A stretch of 61,786 bases of DNA, the filler included, from Sphacelaria rigidula (taxonomy: Eukaryota), in NCBI GenBank assembly GCA_964200075.2. It is 10 parts of 10 records of this genome, joined end to end, with 100 filler letters (N's around TTAATTAATTAA, not from the genome) between each part and the next. Parts side by side here need not be neighbours in the genome. Positions count along the whole stretch, not along the records: positions 12,379 to 18,467 come from CAXNAA020022310.1; positions 18,568 to 24,656 come from CAXNAA020022311.1; positions 24,757 to 30,845 come from CAXNAA020022312.1; 7 more parts are not named here. The stretch is one strand, 5' to 3'. Below, piece by piece: positions 13,241 to 25,180 of this stretch. The stretch's first letter is position 1; each line of letters starts with the position of its first letter. A program made the translations under genes and the position numbers. The notes below the pieces were generated by a model. The model was not told the DNA's origin. It searched no databases and saw only the letters and a list, made by a program, of their open reading frames with translations.

Positions 13241-14898
13241 CAACTTTGATCTGGTAGTCCACCTACTTTCTGGGGTGCTTCTCTTCTTTTTTATCACAAG
13301 GAGGGTTCGACTGTCCCTTTCACGCTTTGAATAATAGATGCAACAAGGTTCCGCTCCTCCAACAAAAGACGCGAGGGGAAAAAACATGTCGATATATTTC
13401 GTCCAACAAAACATATGGTGAAACATGTTTATTGATTAGAAGACAAGAGATGTTGCGATCGATGGTCCTCTGCAACTGTCATAGATCAAGATCACTGACC
13501 ATTGATGGGTATTATATACCGCATTAGATCCTGGGATGTAGCTATAGACAGCAATTACCGTCACCACAGTATTTGGTGAGCCATTTATCGATAGCCAATA
13601 CGGCCAACAAAAAGGTTGGAAGCATATGTTTATATAAATGTGTAGATATTGTCGACCGCAGGTTTTCGTCGGCATCAACGGCAGTACACCAAATGCTAAC
13701 TGTCCTCACACAACTACCCGAGGCCATAGGGGTTGTAGCTTTTGTGGAAGTTGGATCCATCCACCGCAAACTGATAGACGACTTGGCCAGTCCACTGTCG
13801 CGGCAACGGTGGGTTCTGTCCCTTGTTCCAGTTCTATTGTTACCAAGTTCCATCGATAGAAAGTGATGACAGTCGACTGTGGCTGACAACGGACACCGAT
13901 AGGCATACAGTCTGTTGATTAGGGAATAAGCACATCTCATCCACGCGCGTGGGTCCTGCAAGCGGTATTGTCCGTCATAGGGAGAACCATGGGTACCAAC
14001 ACCACAACAACAAGAAAAACCATAAACATCTGTCCACACATGTTGCAGACTCCTACAACATACAACTCTTCCGAACCTTGAGAATAGTGATCACATTTTT
14101 CACAAGTGTTCATAGTATCATCGTATACCCAGCTCATTTTCAGCCGCGGCCTCTCTAGCGTACTTCAATCAAGTGTATGCTCTATAGACAGTATATTGCA
14201 TATCCGGTGTGGCTGTAGATGACAGAGGATATCTATCGATAGGCAGTGTGTACTACGGTAGATTGGTATGTATCAACTGGTGGTCATTGCCATCAATGGC
14301 TCTGGCACACAATCAATCAAAAGCCCTCCACGTGGTCAATGCACCTGATGCACACACTATCGATGGCCATTGCCGCCATTAATAGATCTGGGAAGCTATC
14401 CGTCGATATATTTGGTCGACTTGGACAGCTTTCGCTGTAGGGTCACAAGGGACTACTGTCCGGGCGATGGAGTGGAGAAGGAGTTATTCGAAACCCACCA
14501 CCAATGACAACGGACAGAGAAACTCGTCGATCGATTTCCATTACTGACGACAATATTGGCGACTATTTTAGCAGATCGTATTGCTATTGCAGCATTTATT
14601 ATCTATCGTCCAGGGTGTGGTCGCTTTCCCTCGTTCACCGTGGAGTCGAACTTGTGTACCCACCACGAGGTCGCTCTCCGCTGTTGGGCAAGATGTGAGG
14701 AAGATAATCCCAGATCGTTTGACTTTGGCGAGATTTGAACCAGATGACTCAAATGTCAGAAGGTTTCGCTGTCATCAACTGATCCACCAGGCGGCCGACT
14801 ATGCGCCTGGTACACTGATTTCCATGTCTTCTCTATACATTACAAGTAGAGTTGTTTCATCACGTCTGTGGTGTGGGAGAGGGAACATAAACTCTGTA

Positions 14899-15995
14899 CA
14901 GGCTGGGCCGCCTAAGACGCGGACAGAGATGTGAACACGCGATTTAGCAGCTGAATTTCGAGTCGTTTTTTATGAAATTTTGACACCATGTGCAGGATGT
15001 ATGTGCAAAGATGCCACCTTTTCCTCCCTACATTTTTTCTCTTTCTTCTTGGCGTTATTCACGTTTTTTGTTCCGAAAAACTGTTTTGAAACGTTTGGCC
15101 GCCGATTACTCACGGAAAAAACAAACAAAAATTTAGAGTGGAAAAGGTGGCGCCTCTGCACATACATCCTGTACATCGTGTCAAACTTTCATAGAAAACG
15201 ACCTGAAATTAGGTTGCCGAATCGCGTGTTCGTGTTCGAGACGGGTTCCTATGTGGAGATGGACCAGCCACGAAAAAATGAAACGTGGTTAGGCTGTTCA
15301 ATTTTTCAAGTACTTTTTCACGAAATTTTGACACGATGCGCATGTGGTATGTTGTGAAGTCCCTATTGTCCCCCATTGACATTTTTGTTTTTTTCAATAA
15401 TGAGCTGTCGACGTTTTTGTACCCGGAAAAACTGCTCCGAAATTTAGATCACCAATAAATCACGAGAGGAAAATAAAATAAAAGAGGGGGGCGGGGGGCG
15501 GTAGGGGCTTGACATATACGTAATGTATATCGTGTCAAACTTTCATGGAGAACGACTTGAAATTGAGCAGTGAAACCGCGTTTTTCTGTCGGGAACAGGT
15601 TCACTTGCTTCTGGAGTACACAACCTCAGCCCGAGCTTTGACGTTTTCTACAAGCCCGACGCCTTGGGGCGCTGGAGGTCTCGTCTGCGTGCCACCTCGG
15701 ACCCTGCACCATCACTTTGCGGCCGCGGCACAACCGACTGTAACCGTAAATGCGATTTCAGCCGTTTTTTTCCCTAATTCCGCCGCACATGCCAATCTCA
15801 ACTCTCTACACTTCGCACCTGACTGCAGTTTGGTATTTCGTTTGATGGAAGCTTGTCAGATCGCAGTGCTACCTGAAGCAAAAGACGCGCGTTGATTTGC
15901 AGATTACCACGATGTGTCATAGCAGGCACAACTCGCGATAGATAGTCAGTTAGACCCGGCTGAAAGAAAGTCCGCTTCTTAGGCGGCCCAGCCTG
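14899..15995 (+). mobile_element. Tc1/mariner-like non-autonomous transposon, 1.1 kb
   Basis: 19-bp TIR CAGGCTGGGCCGCCTAAGA; TA at left (AA at right; TA in sister copies); internal inverted sub-repeats. Confidence 0.75.
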
Positions 15996-17408
15996 AACCC
16001 GGTGTTTGAGCATGGAAGATGTGACCAAACCGATCGCTGACCACAATATCGTACTTCGAAGTACTAGCAACAGCGGTTTCGTCGTATGGTGCTTGTGCCG
16101 ACGACTGCAAGCCCGCTGAGCCTCACTCTCCTCTTACCGTGTACATTTTCACGTGCATGTTGCATCTAGCCAGATACATTATCACGTCATTCGTGCACTT
16201 GTGGAGAGTTCATGTCTTCCAGCCTCATTCGTGTTTGCAAGCTAGCACAACACAGCACAGTTGGTGATCGTTGCAGCGTGGCGTAGTCTGCCCTGGAGAA
16301 TAAGGTGTAGAGTGTGCAACGTACGCCCCGAAAACTGGCGATACTTGTCATCATCTACGATTGTGCGGAACTTCGAAAGTATATGAAGGAACGGAAATGA
16401 CGGCCGGCATGACACTGGTGAACGGTGACTATGTCTTGACCGGTCTCAAAAGTCACTTGGGCATCTTTCAACTGGATGGCAACAGTAAAAATGTCACGTG
16501 ACCAGCATAGAACGGGCCCCAGTCGAGGAACATGGGCACGTCAGTGGACACGCTTCGATTCCACAAACATGAAATGCCGACCATACGTGAAATCGAACGA
16601 GTCTTGGTATGTTCGTGGCAATAACGTGCGAAGTATACCAGCTCCGAATGTGTGCGTAGTCTTACTCCACAGGGCGTGGATGATGACGATACAAGGGGGA
16701 AAGTCAGAGTATTCATTTCCCTGCGTAAGCGGCAAACACACATTTTGTTACAAACAGGGGAGACACGCATAAACACCTTCGACGATGTATGTTGCTGTAG
16801 CGACGGGCGTAAAAATACAAGGACGTCGATGGATAGCCATTTACGTAGTCTGCGAGCTGCGGCGCTCGTAGCCTGTCGATGGCAGGGAGGTTTTACGGTG
16901 ACCGTCCGACCGACAACCTATTTTTTGGCCGGATGATTGAAGCACTTGCGCGCAATCGTTGGTTGACCTTCACGGCTGTGTCGAACGGGAAAAGAGATTT
17001 TTGTAACGACTCCTCGAGCAGTTACTGTTGTCGGAAATGTTGTAGACAACATATCGCTCCCGGGCCGAGGTCATCATCGTCTCTCTTTCTGCTATGTGCG
17101 AGCGCACGCTGTATGTGAGGCATCTGATGGATACCAGATGTCCCGGGGGCGTTGTTATTCCTCTTTATACGATTCGGTTTTGTTCTGGCTCGTGTTCCGG
17201 ACAAGGTGCGGGGTTGATCGAACAACAGCTGTAAAGCAGTATCTGATGACCAACAGTGACATCCGTGATAACTTAGGCAGCAGATCCACCTCCCTGCTCC
17301 AGCATAGACAGAGTGCAATGACGTGGTACCGGTGGCACACGTCTCAAGGACGGTCCGAAGCTGATTTGGCCTAACGTGAGTGAAGAGGATCAATCAAGTG
17401 TCTATTAA

Positions 17409-18420
17409 GCCTTTTGGGACCGGTCTTCCATAGCGACCAATGAGGGTGGTAAGAAATGACGTGTCTGGCGTCTGTACGAAACAGTGGCTTCATATTGCTG
17501 AATACCCACGTGTGTAACCGCAGGGTTAGGTGGAAGACGGAAAGTTTCATCCAACGTATTTTCAGGTGCAGGTACAAACTGTTATTTGGGTGGGATGCGC
17601 ATTAGGTAATGTACAGAAATCATTTTTTGTCGTGAGATTGAGAAGCGGCCAATCAGTGAATGAATCGTTTCAGTTCCGAAATGCCCCTTCACGAGCCCCA
17701 ATCTGCTTTCTGTGGTAGCTTGCCACTGAGGCCCTTGATATCCCTGAGTGGGATTTCGACGTGTAGCTGTAAGCACACGCCAGTGATGGAGGCAATGAAA
17801 AATTCGGAATAGAAAATTGGTTGAGGTGAAGAGAACGATCAAAGCCACTCCCAATCAGCGCTCTACTCTCAATTTCACGAAAACGTTATTTGATGTAACA
17901 AGCAGTGTGGGTCGCCCTAGAGAGCTTTCAAGAGGAGGTGACGACCGGCGGGCTGCCCGCCACTCGTGGCTTTGGATGATGTTATTGTCCCAATCGCCTT
18001 GCTACACAGCCCTTTGTGATCAGGGTGGGCAGCGATTTCCCTCTTTGTTGCAAGCGGTAAATTCTCTTCGAAGGGCATGAGCGTTGTGGCACACATACAG
18101 TACAGTACGCCTCTCCGACTGCAGTAGCAGCTGCCGCTGCATACTCCCTCACACGTTCTGGGAAGTTCCCAGCTACAGAAATCAGCTGCAAATACACAGC
18201 TTGTTCCCCCCTTACTTGCTCCGTCTCGAAAGGGATGCGTGGTCAATGGTCAGACGACTAAGGCAAGCAACACATGAGAACGCCCCCATGTTTACTGCAC
18301 ACTGCAAAGCATCGGCAGAGGGATGGGCGGAACTCATGACTGGAGCTCCTTCTCTCGTTCCATGGCCCAGCTGGGTTTAGTGGCCTCGTGAAAATGACCA
18401 CATTGTAGCATGTACGCTTT
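17409..18420 (+). mobile_element. piggyBac-like element, left part
   Basis: TTAA+GCCTTTTGGGACCGG; colinear blocks shared with 32575-33790. Confidence 0.7.
18217..18281 (+). repeat. 65-bp structured mini-element
   Basis: Near-identical to 20657-20720 and 60730-60794; absent from the homologous site near 33625-33655. Confidence 0.85.
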
Positions 18421-18467
18421 TCCACGCCCCCCCCCCCCCCCCCCCCCCCCCCCCGCCCCCCCCCCCG

Positions 18468-18567
18468 NNNNNNNNNNNNNNNNNNNNNNNNNNNNNNNNN
18501 NNNNNNNNNNNTTAATTAATTAANNNNNNNNNNNNNNNNNNNNNNNNNNNNNNNNNNNNNNNNNNNN
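18468..18567. other. Artificial contig spacer
   Basis: 44N-TTAATTAATTAA-44N. Confidence 0.99.
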
Positions 18568-19746
18568 CACACCCGGACAAAACCCCCCCCCCCCCCCGAA
18601 AGGGGGGGACAAACAGTTTCCCCCCCCCCCGCGGGTTGTCCCATTTCCCCCCCCCCCCCCCCCACTCCTGTGTCCGGAGCAGATGATGCTGGTTCTTGAA
18701 AGGGCGTTGGGCCTGTGTTGCGCTCGGTGGTGGGAAGGATGTACCCACGAGTTTCCCGTACTTTGTGCTTCTTGTGGATGGGTGGAGCAATCATGACACG
18801 AGTGATGGGCAGTGTGACCAAGTATCCTTGGCCATACATACACCGTACCGTTTGCATCTTATTATTTTTTTCGTTATATCGGGTGCGGGGGGGGTGTTGG
18901 GGGGTGAACGAGCCTCGGGTGATTTTCTTTCTCGACAGTGAATCACGGAGGTATTCACGAAGCTAAACGTATATCCCTGTCGAACATGTGTCGTGTGCCG
19001 GGAATACCTGTCTATTCTGACGTGGGAGGGCAAAAATAGCCGCTTGTCTCGTGAGAGGATATTTACGTCCGAGCTCGTTTCTCAGTAGGTGGTACGACAG
19101 ATGTCTCCGATGAAAACGATACGTTTGTCCTCTGTCAGCCATTCGCTGCGTAGAGAAAATACCTCGGAGACCGACACGGGCTACAGTAGTTTTCGACGGT
19201 GAAGCAGTACCGATATTGGTCAGGTTGACTGGGGTTAATCACGGGAAAGGCGACGGGTGCGAAGCTGCCCATCGCTGTCGCTAATGCCTAAGGCGCCACT
19301 TGGTTCAGTTGTGCCTATATCCATGGCTGGGCATGCGTTTTGCTGGGCATCATCCTGCGAGATACTATTAATCACGAGCGGTGTACAATACCAGTGATCA
19401 AGTGATGGTAAATTGTGCTTGATTTTTCTCCGGCGAGTCCGCCGATTCTCGGGAAAATAACGGTTCAGCGTCACCATCTTTCCAGCGACACGGTTCCATG
19501 TTAACGCCATCACGCTTATAAATATATGATTTGCTGTAGATATACTGTGTTGTTCACACTTACGAAAAGCAGCTGCGGTCGCTGTCGCTACCTTTATTCG
19601 GACGAAAAGGCGAAAGCACATCGTATGTCCGAGCGTCGACCAGAACCAAACACGAGTAGAAAGCAGACTAACACACAAAACCTCTTCTACAAACAAGCCA
19701 TAGAGCTTGCATACAAAAGTCGTCTTTCCCCTAGGCCCTCACAAAT

Positions 19747-19971
19747 TCACGCCACAACATCGGTTCGCTGTCGAGCGGACGCCACGGCGTCCGTCAGCAC
19801 TTGACCAACGGACTGCTGCAAGGCGTATAAGCTTTGCACATGGGCCAGTTGCAAAGTGGAAAGCCTCTCCTCAGCGCGCTTCGCTCGCTCCTCTACCGCT
19901 GCACAATCCTTTCGTGTTTCCGTCTGCCGTCTTTCCGCTTCCTTCAGCTCTGCTTCGTGTTGAAGCTGCAC
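19747..19971 (-). CDS. Coiled-coil protein, terminal exon (5 of 5 visible)
   Basis: TAG acceptor; VQLQHEAELKEAERRQ...RTDVVA-TGA. Confidence 0.8.
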   Translation of the reverse strand: MQLQHEAELKEAERRQTETRKDCAAVEERAKRAEERLSTLQLAHVQSLYALQQSVGQVLTDAVASARQRTDVVA

Positions 19972-20310
19972 CTACAGATATACGTCGCGGGTGGTCGACA
20001 CGGACACCGAACGAGGGGCGCGTCAAGCTATTTGCGGTTATCGTCGATCGTGCAGTGGGGTTGTATATGTCAGTTCCATGGAGACGTGAACCGTTTCGGG
20101 CGCAGGTTGCGTAGCGGCGCTGTTGACAAGATCAGGACCTCCGGCGTTGACGGCGTATATCATGTCACGCACTCCTTTGACATGGCTTTGAGTACAGACA
20201 GGCGGGAACGAGCGTAGAAATAGCTAACCAACTTCATGCACTTGCAACCGTCGATGAATCGGGTACGTGGCGGCGAATGAAGTTTTTCTGCCCACGTACG
20301 TGCCGCGTAC

Positions 20311-20421
20311 CTTGCCTGTGTTGCTGGAGTGCACTTCATTTGCAAGGTGCTTATCTCTCTCCGCCTCCTCCACCCTCTGCTGCAATCCTTCAACGGTCCT
20401 TTGGAGCACGTTTACCTCAAT
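20311..20421 (-). CDS. Coiled-coil protein exon (4 of 5 visible)
   Basis: AG/GT bounded, 111 bp, IEVNVLQRTVEGLQQRVEEAERDK...TGK. Confidence 0.75.
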
Positions 20422-20656
20422 CTACTGGATTTCACGAGAAGTGGCGACGTCAGTACTGCTGGTATTGTGCGAGTTGCCTGTCACGTAGCAATGACCCATG
20501 CGATACGCTGAACGGCGGATGCATACATGTCGAGGCGAACACGTTCGGTGACCATCGCAAAGCGTGTACGACAGACTGAAGCAAAATATATTCCAAGACA
20601 AAATGTTCGCACAAGCACGTTCCAAATGAGGACCATAACACCCCTCCCCCCCTCCA

Positions 20657-20720
20657 TGCTCCGTCTCGAAAGGGATGCGTGGTCAATGGTCAAACGACTA
20701 AGGCAAGCAACAAATGAGTC
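20657..20720 (+). repeat. 65-bp structured mini-element within a C-rich tract
   Basis: TGCTCCGTCTCGAAAGGGATGCGTGGTCAATGGTCAAACGACTAAGGCAAGCAACAAATGAGT with C-runs on both sides. Confidence 0.85.
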
Positions 20721-20924
20721 CCCCCCCCCCTCCCCCTTCCTCTCACGTTCCATTTGCCTTCCAAGTCCCCCCCGCGTGCTCTGAAATCGTCGCGCCCCTC
20801 CGCGCCGCGTTCATCATATTTCATATTTTCAGTGACCCTGAGCTTTCTTGAAATTCCCATCATCTGCGACTTGAAGGCTTTACTCTTTCGTTTCATGGCA
20901 CAATTTGACTGTCACCAACAGTAC

Positions 20925-21101
20925 CTGCAATTTGGAAGCCCTGCCATCGTGGCCACGAGCAGCCTCCCTAGCTTTCTCCAGCTCTTCTCCGTTCGCCGCG
21001 AGCTCCCGACCGAACTCCCGCAACTCGGCCGTGGAACGCAGACGGAGTTCTTCCAGCGACACCAGATGCTCGCGCGCCTGTGCCTCTTTCGCGTCTCTCA
21101 C
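20925..21101 (-). CDS. Coiled-coil protein exon (3 of 5 visible)
   Basis: CAG/GT bounded, 177 bp, VRDAKEAQAREHLVSLEELR...SKLQ. Confidence 0.8.
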
Positions 21102-21357
21102 CTGTCGATGAGTGAGTGGGTACAACCATTTTCTCGTCCGATCAGTCAAAACACGAAGATTTTCATAAAAAAAATCTTGTCCATCCCTTCCCCCCCTGCC
21201 CCCCGTGGTGTAAAGGCTTTCCCTGACCTCAGGAAGCGTGGCATGAGTTTTTGTTAAGGGAGCTCGGGTTGTGCGGTGAAGCTGGTCCTACGCTTTCCGT
21301 TTTCCCACCCAGCTCGCATCCCCGCGCAGCACCTGAAACACGTCTTTATACGGGTAC

Positions 21358-21471
21358 CTTGTGCACGGCGTCGATTCTCTCCCGGAGCTCGGCAAGTTCG
21401 AGGTCGAACTGTTTCTGAGCCTCCGCGAGCACCCGCTTCTCGGTCTGAGATATTCGCTCCTCCATCAAAAC
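21358..21471 (-). CDS. Coiled-coil protein exon (2 of 5 visible)
   Basis: CAG/GT bounded, 114 bp, VLMEERISQTEKRVLAEAQKQFDLELAELRERIDAVHK. Confidence 0.8.
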
Positions 21472-22499
21472 CTGTGCGTGGTATTTGTGCAGATTCGAAA
21501 ATTTGGAGCCGTGCTTTGAGATTTCAACATGTCTAGCCATCCATCCAGAAGGCAGTATTTTATTGTTACATATTTTGCCGCTATCTCAGAAAACTTGAAC
21601 ACGTCTGCAAAAATGCCTCACAATCAGGTTTTTGGTATCCGTGTTGCAACCCAAGTCCTCTCCGCATGCCGAGCGTTTTGGTCACCCTGATGTACGTGAA
21701 TATTCGCAAGTCCTCACCTATGGGTTACAACTCGTGAAGGGATTGATGAGTGCGAATCGTATTGATGTAAAAATGATTGCAAGGCGCTCTCACTCAAGGA
21801 CGCATCATCTCCACAAGTATGCAGCGCGCCAAGTTGAGATAGCATGCATGGACTTTGGCACCTGCTAGACCCAACACAGCTCTCTGTAGCATGCTCCACC
21901 TCTACGCGTCCTCTGAACACCCTGCAGTCACGATTATAGGGTGAACAAGCCACGCGAGGGCTTTTGGATGCAACGTCTGTGACATCCAAATTTGAGGTTG
22001 CAGCCATCCCAGTGGACACCCGTGTAATAATAACTGCAGGTCATACTCATAATTCTCACGTCTTTCTTTTGTTTGTCGCCCTTTGAACCCCACCCCTTCC
22101 TCGGGACGAGGCGGTGGTCCCAAGGGACCAACCCTTCTCTCCCCCGCTACACGCGTTGCATCTTGGTCTCGCGGGGTGGGTGAGCACTCCCGCAGCGCGT
22201 CAACTCACCTCAAACAATCTCGATTGACTACTTTGTGTACTCACCTTCTCACGCTTTCCACGGTGGAAATCAGACATTGCGAAGGAGAAAACCAACGCAT
22301 CGGGGACCGAACCCTCGTTTTCTCCACCCTACTGGCGACAGGCGGATCATTACAACACCGGGGAGCGGCACGTGTGCTTATCACACGATGAGCAGTTTTT
22401 CCCGCGCTTATCGCATGAAGGGCAATTCAAGTGTTGGGCATCATCCCGTGAAGTACACAATAGTAGCGTATACAGCCGTCGTCGAATCTCGTCGAGTAG

Positions 22500-22571
22500 T
22501 TCCTCATAGTCCAACGGTTAGGATATATGACTCTAATTCATAAGACCCGGGTTCGACTCCTGGTGAGGAAG
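22500..22571 (+). tRNA. tRNA or tRNA-derived gene with Glu-type body and CUA (amber) anticodon
   Basis: Acceptor TTCCTCA/TGAGGAA, D GTCC/GGAT, anticodon stem TATGA/TCATA with loop CT-CTA-AT, 4-nt variable loop, T stem CCGGG/CCTGG with TTCGACT, G73, T5 run at 22576-22580. Confidence 0.85.
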
Positions 22572-22634
22572 TAACTTTTTACCGTCGAACCCCGACTGTC
22601 AAACTGGTACATCATCAGGGAGTATAACGGCGGA

Positions 22635-22980
22635 GTTGTGAGTTCTTTTCCCGGCAGCCATGAAACCCTATACTTGTATTCCTAGCGGAAAGCGGAAGAG
22701 ATACGAGTAGACAAGACATCGTCGCAAGAAGTTGTGACTTTACAGCCCGATAAGCATGAAACCCTTTCCTGGTATTCCTCGGGGAAAGCGGAAGAGACAA
22801 GAGTTCATAAGACTTCATCGCAAGCCGAGCAGCGGAAATGCTCATCCGGTTGTGAGTTTAAAGCCCGATAGGCACGAAACTCTTTACTGGTATTCCTGGC
22901 GGAAAGCGAAAGAGACGAGAGTTTAGAAGACTTCATCGCAAGCCGACGAGCAGCGGGAATGCTCATCCGATGCTCATCAA
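22635..22980 (+). repeat. Three diverged tandem units of ~96-120 bp
   Basis: Units start GTTGTGA at 22635, 22731, 22849; shared core GTATTCCT..GGAAAGCG.AAGAGA..AAGAC..TCGCAAG. Confidence 0.85.
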
Positions 22981-23164
22981 CAATCTGTCAGGGGGTCACT
23001 GGGGAAGAAATGACTTCATCCCTGGAGACCGCGGACTCGTTTCTAGAATCGCGAAGGATACGGCGAAGACAAATACAAGAAAGATCACCGTGAAATAGAT
23101 TAGACAATACTTACGATGGTGGACTGACATAATACGTGGCAGTCGTACTTTTTTAGGGACATTA

Positions 23165-23412
23165 GACACTTTCTACGATAGCCCCCCCCCAAAACCAGCC
23201 AAAAGTGTCACGAAAAAAATGAGCATACAGCGCCTGATGCTTGGGTTCAGGCTGCGTGAAGCGCCTTATATTGGCAATACTGGCTAGAACGAACCCAGTC
23301 GTGAGAATTCCCAGCGACTCGTTGTGCTCGGCTTTTCCCATTTCGATTTACGTGAAGATTTCGCCTCCCAAAACCATGCACTTTTTTTGGGGGGGGTATC
23401 GTAGAAAGTGTC
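23165..23412 (+). mobile_element. Sola-like MITE, 248 bp, intronic
   Basis: TIR GACACTTTCTACGATA; TSD ATTA (23161-23164, 23413-23416). Confidence 0.85.
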
Positions 23413-23505
23413 ATTACCGGGAGTGGTGTTGTGCAGGTCATTGTCTTCAATGCAACACAGGACTGTACCGGTAAGGTAGTTGCACAATGACCAGTATACC
23501 AGCAC

Positions 23506-23838
23506 CTGCAAGCGCGCCAGCTCCTTGTGCGCCGCCTGCCGCGACATCTCCGCGCGCTGCCGCTCATGCTCTATCGCACGAGACCTCTCCTCCGCTACCC
23601 GTACGCGTGCATCGCTCTCCAACTTGACCGCCTCGGTTCGCTCCTCGTACATGCGCCTTGTTTCCTCCAAAGTCGTAGCACCGTCGCGTGCCGCGCGCGC
23701 CATGCCAGCGGTGGCCTCGTCTGCGCGCTCCGCTGTTAGACGCACCTCAGCCCGAGCTGTTTCTAGCAGAGCTGCTGCTTGCTCGGCTTCTGCAGTTGCT
23801 CGCGTTGATGCTCGTTTTGTCGCCTCGACGGCGGCGTT
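23506..23838 (-). CDS. Coiled-coil protein exon (1 of 5 visible; gene 5'-truncated)
   Basis: CAG/GT bounded, 333 bp, Ala/Glu/Arg-rich NAAVEATKRA...HKELARLQ. Confidence 0.85.
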
Positions 23839-24656
23839 CTGGGTGTAAAGCAAATATTTTTATTGAAACGTACAATAAACTGTTGCATCATTCTATTTAC
23901 TCATTTTCTGCGAAGTGTGCAGTCACTATTCAGCAGTGAGTCCATGCTTGTCAATGTAAACGTGAGTGACTTGGTTTTAATGTACAAATCTCCCTGCAGT
24001 GAAATTTCCCAAAACATTCCCAAAGAATCATATGCATTTCTCAGGGTGGGTAATGTCGGCGTCCTACATTCATTTTTGAAGGGAATATGACGTCGATCCG
24101 ACGCATGACCTATCCTAACGGTCAAAGCGTTGTCTGTTTGACCGCGAAGCAGTTCATTTGAATCCGTTTACGTCCAATGTAGCACTTTGCGTATTTGTAG
24201 TTGTTTGTGTTTGCTCCTATAGCCGTTATCCTAAAACCTTCGTGGTCGAAGAGTCAAGCCTTCGAGCGTCGGGGGTGATAATCATCTGCTGAATCGGCAC
24301 CGATCTCACCTGAAAAATGACTTCTGGACCCAAATAAACACACCTCTTGCGCTTCAAGGGTTGACTCGTTCACCACGAAGCATTCCATTTGGTTTTTCGC
24401 GTATGCCAACGCACTACTTGAATCAGTTCGCGTATCGAGTTTTTGTGAAAGACTGCTCGTGTGCAGGCAAGATCCCGAACGCGCTTCGTCGTCAAGAGTT
24501 TAACCTTGTTTTACTGCACCTGTGTATGTACGGATATATATATATATATATTACTATATATATATCCTCACCCTGTGAACCCCTCCCCTTTCTCGGGATG
24601 AGCCCGTGGTCTCAAGAGATCAACCCATCTCTCCCCCGGTACACGCCTTTCATTTT

Positions 24657-24756
24657 NNNNNNNNNNNNNNNNNNNNNNNNNNNNNNNNNNNNNNNNNNNN
24701 TTAATTAATTAANNNNNNNNNNNNNNNNNNNNNNNNNNNNNNNNNNNNNNNNNNNN
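24657..24756. other. Artificial contig spacer
   Basis: 44N-TTAATTAATTAA-44N. Confidence 0.99.
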
Positions 24757-24930
24757 TTTGTGCTGCAGTACAGTGAAACAAGACATGTTTCATGTTTTTG
24801 TTCTTCGGCTGATTTTAAACGGGCCCTCAGTCTGTGCAGGGTGCCGATCTTGAACGCTCGGACATGATCGCGCTTCGCGCAAACAATTTAATTTGCTACA
24901 AAAGTATCCCCATGTATGGGTGCTGTGCCT
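24757..24930 (-). mobile_element. End fragment of the MITE family at 33947-34840
   Basis: Reverse complement of ~33950-34125. Confidence 0.75.
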
Positions 24931-25082
24931 TACTCTCGGTCCGATATGCAACCCTGGTATTGACCCTCCGACCCTGCAGACAGAGCCAAATGTCCACCTG
25001 TGTACAGAAAACCCTACCTTACAGAAGACAACCTCGGAATTTTGTGTACGCACGACATATCTGCTCTCCACTATTGGGCATG

Positions 25083-25180
25083 GTGTGTGTTGTCGTCCCA
25101 TCTATTGTGAGAAAAAATCCCACATCGCTCCGAGAATTGAACCCACGACCCAACCGTCAGAAGGTTTCGAGGTTACCAAC
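25083..25180 (-). mobile_element. Internally deleted tRNA-derived SINE-like element
   Basis: Minus strand GTTGGT..AACC-TTCTGAC-GGTT..GGTTCAATTC (CTG anticodon-like arm, B box) joined to a (CA)n tail shared with 13133-13240 and 61744-61786. Confidence 0.55.

Noticed and set aside
21862..22330. Extra coiled-coil exons near 21862-21921 and 22245-22328
   Set aside because: The first has an in-frame stop; the second lacks a polypyrimidine tract and helical character
19747..23838. Genome-wide UAG-to-Glu/Gln reassignment
   Set aside because: No in-frame TAG in the Glu/Gln-rich exons; some ascertainment bias remains
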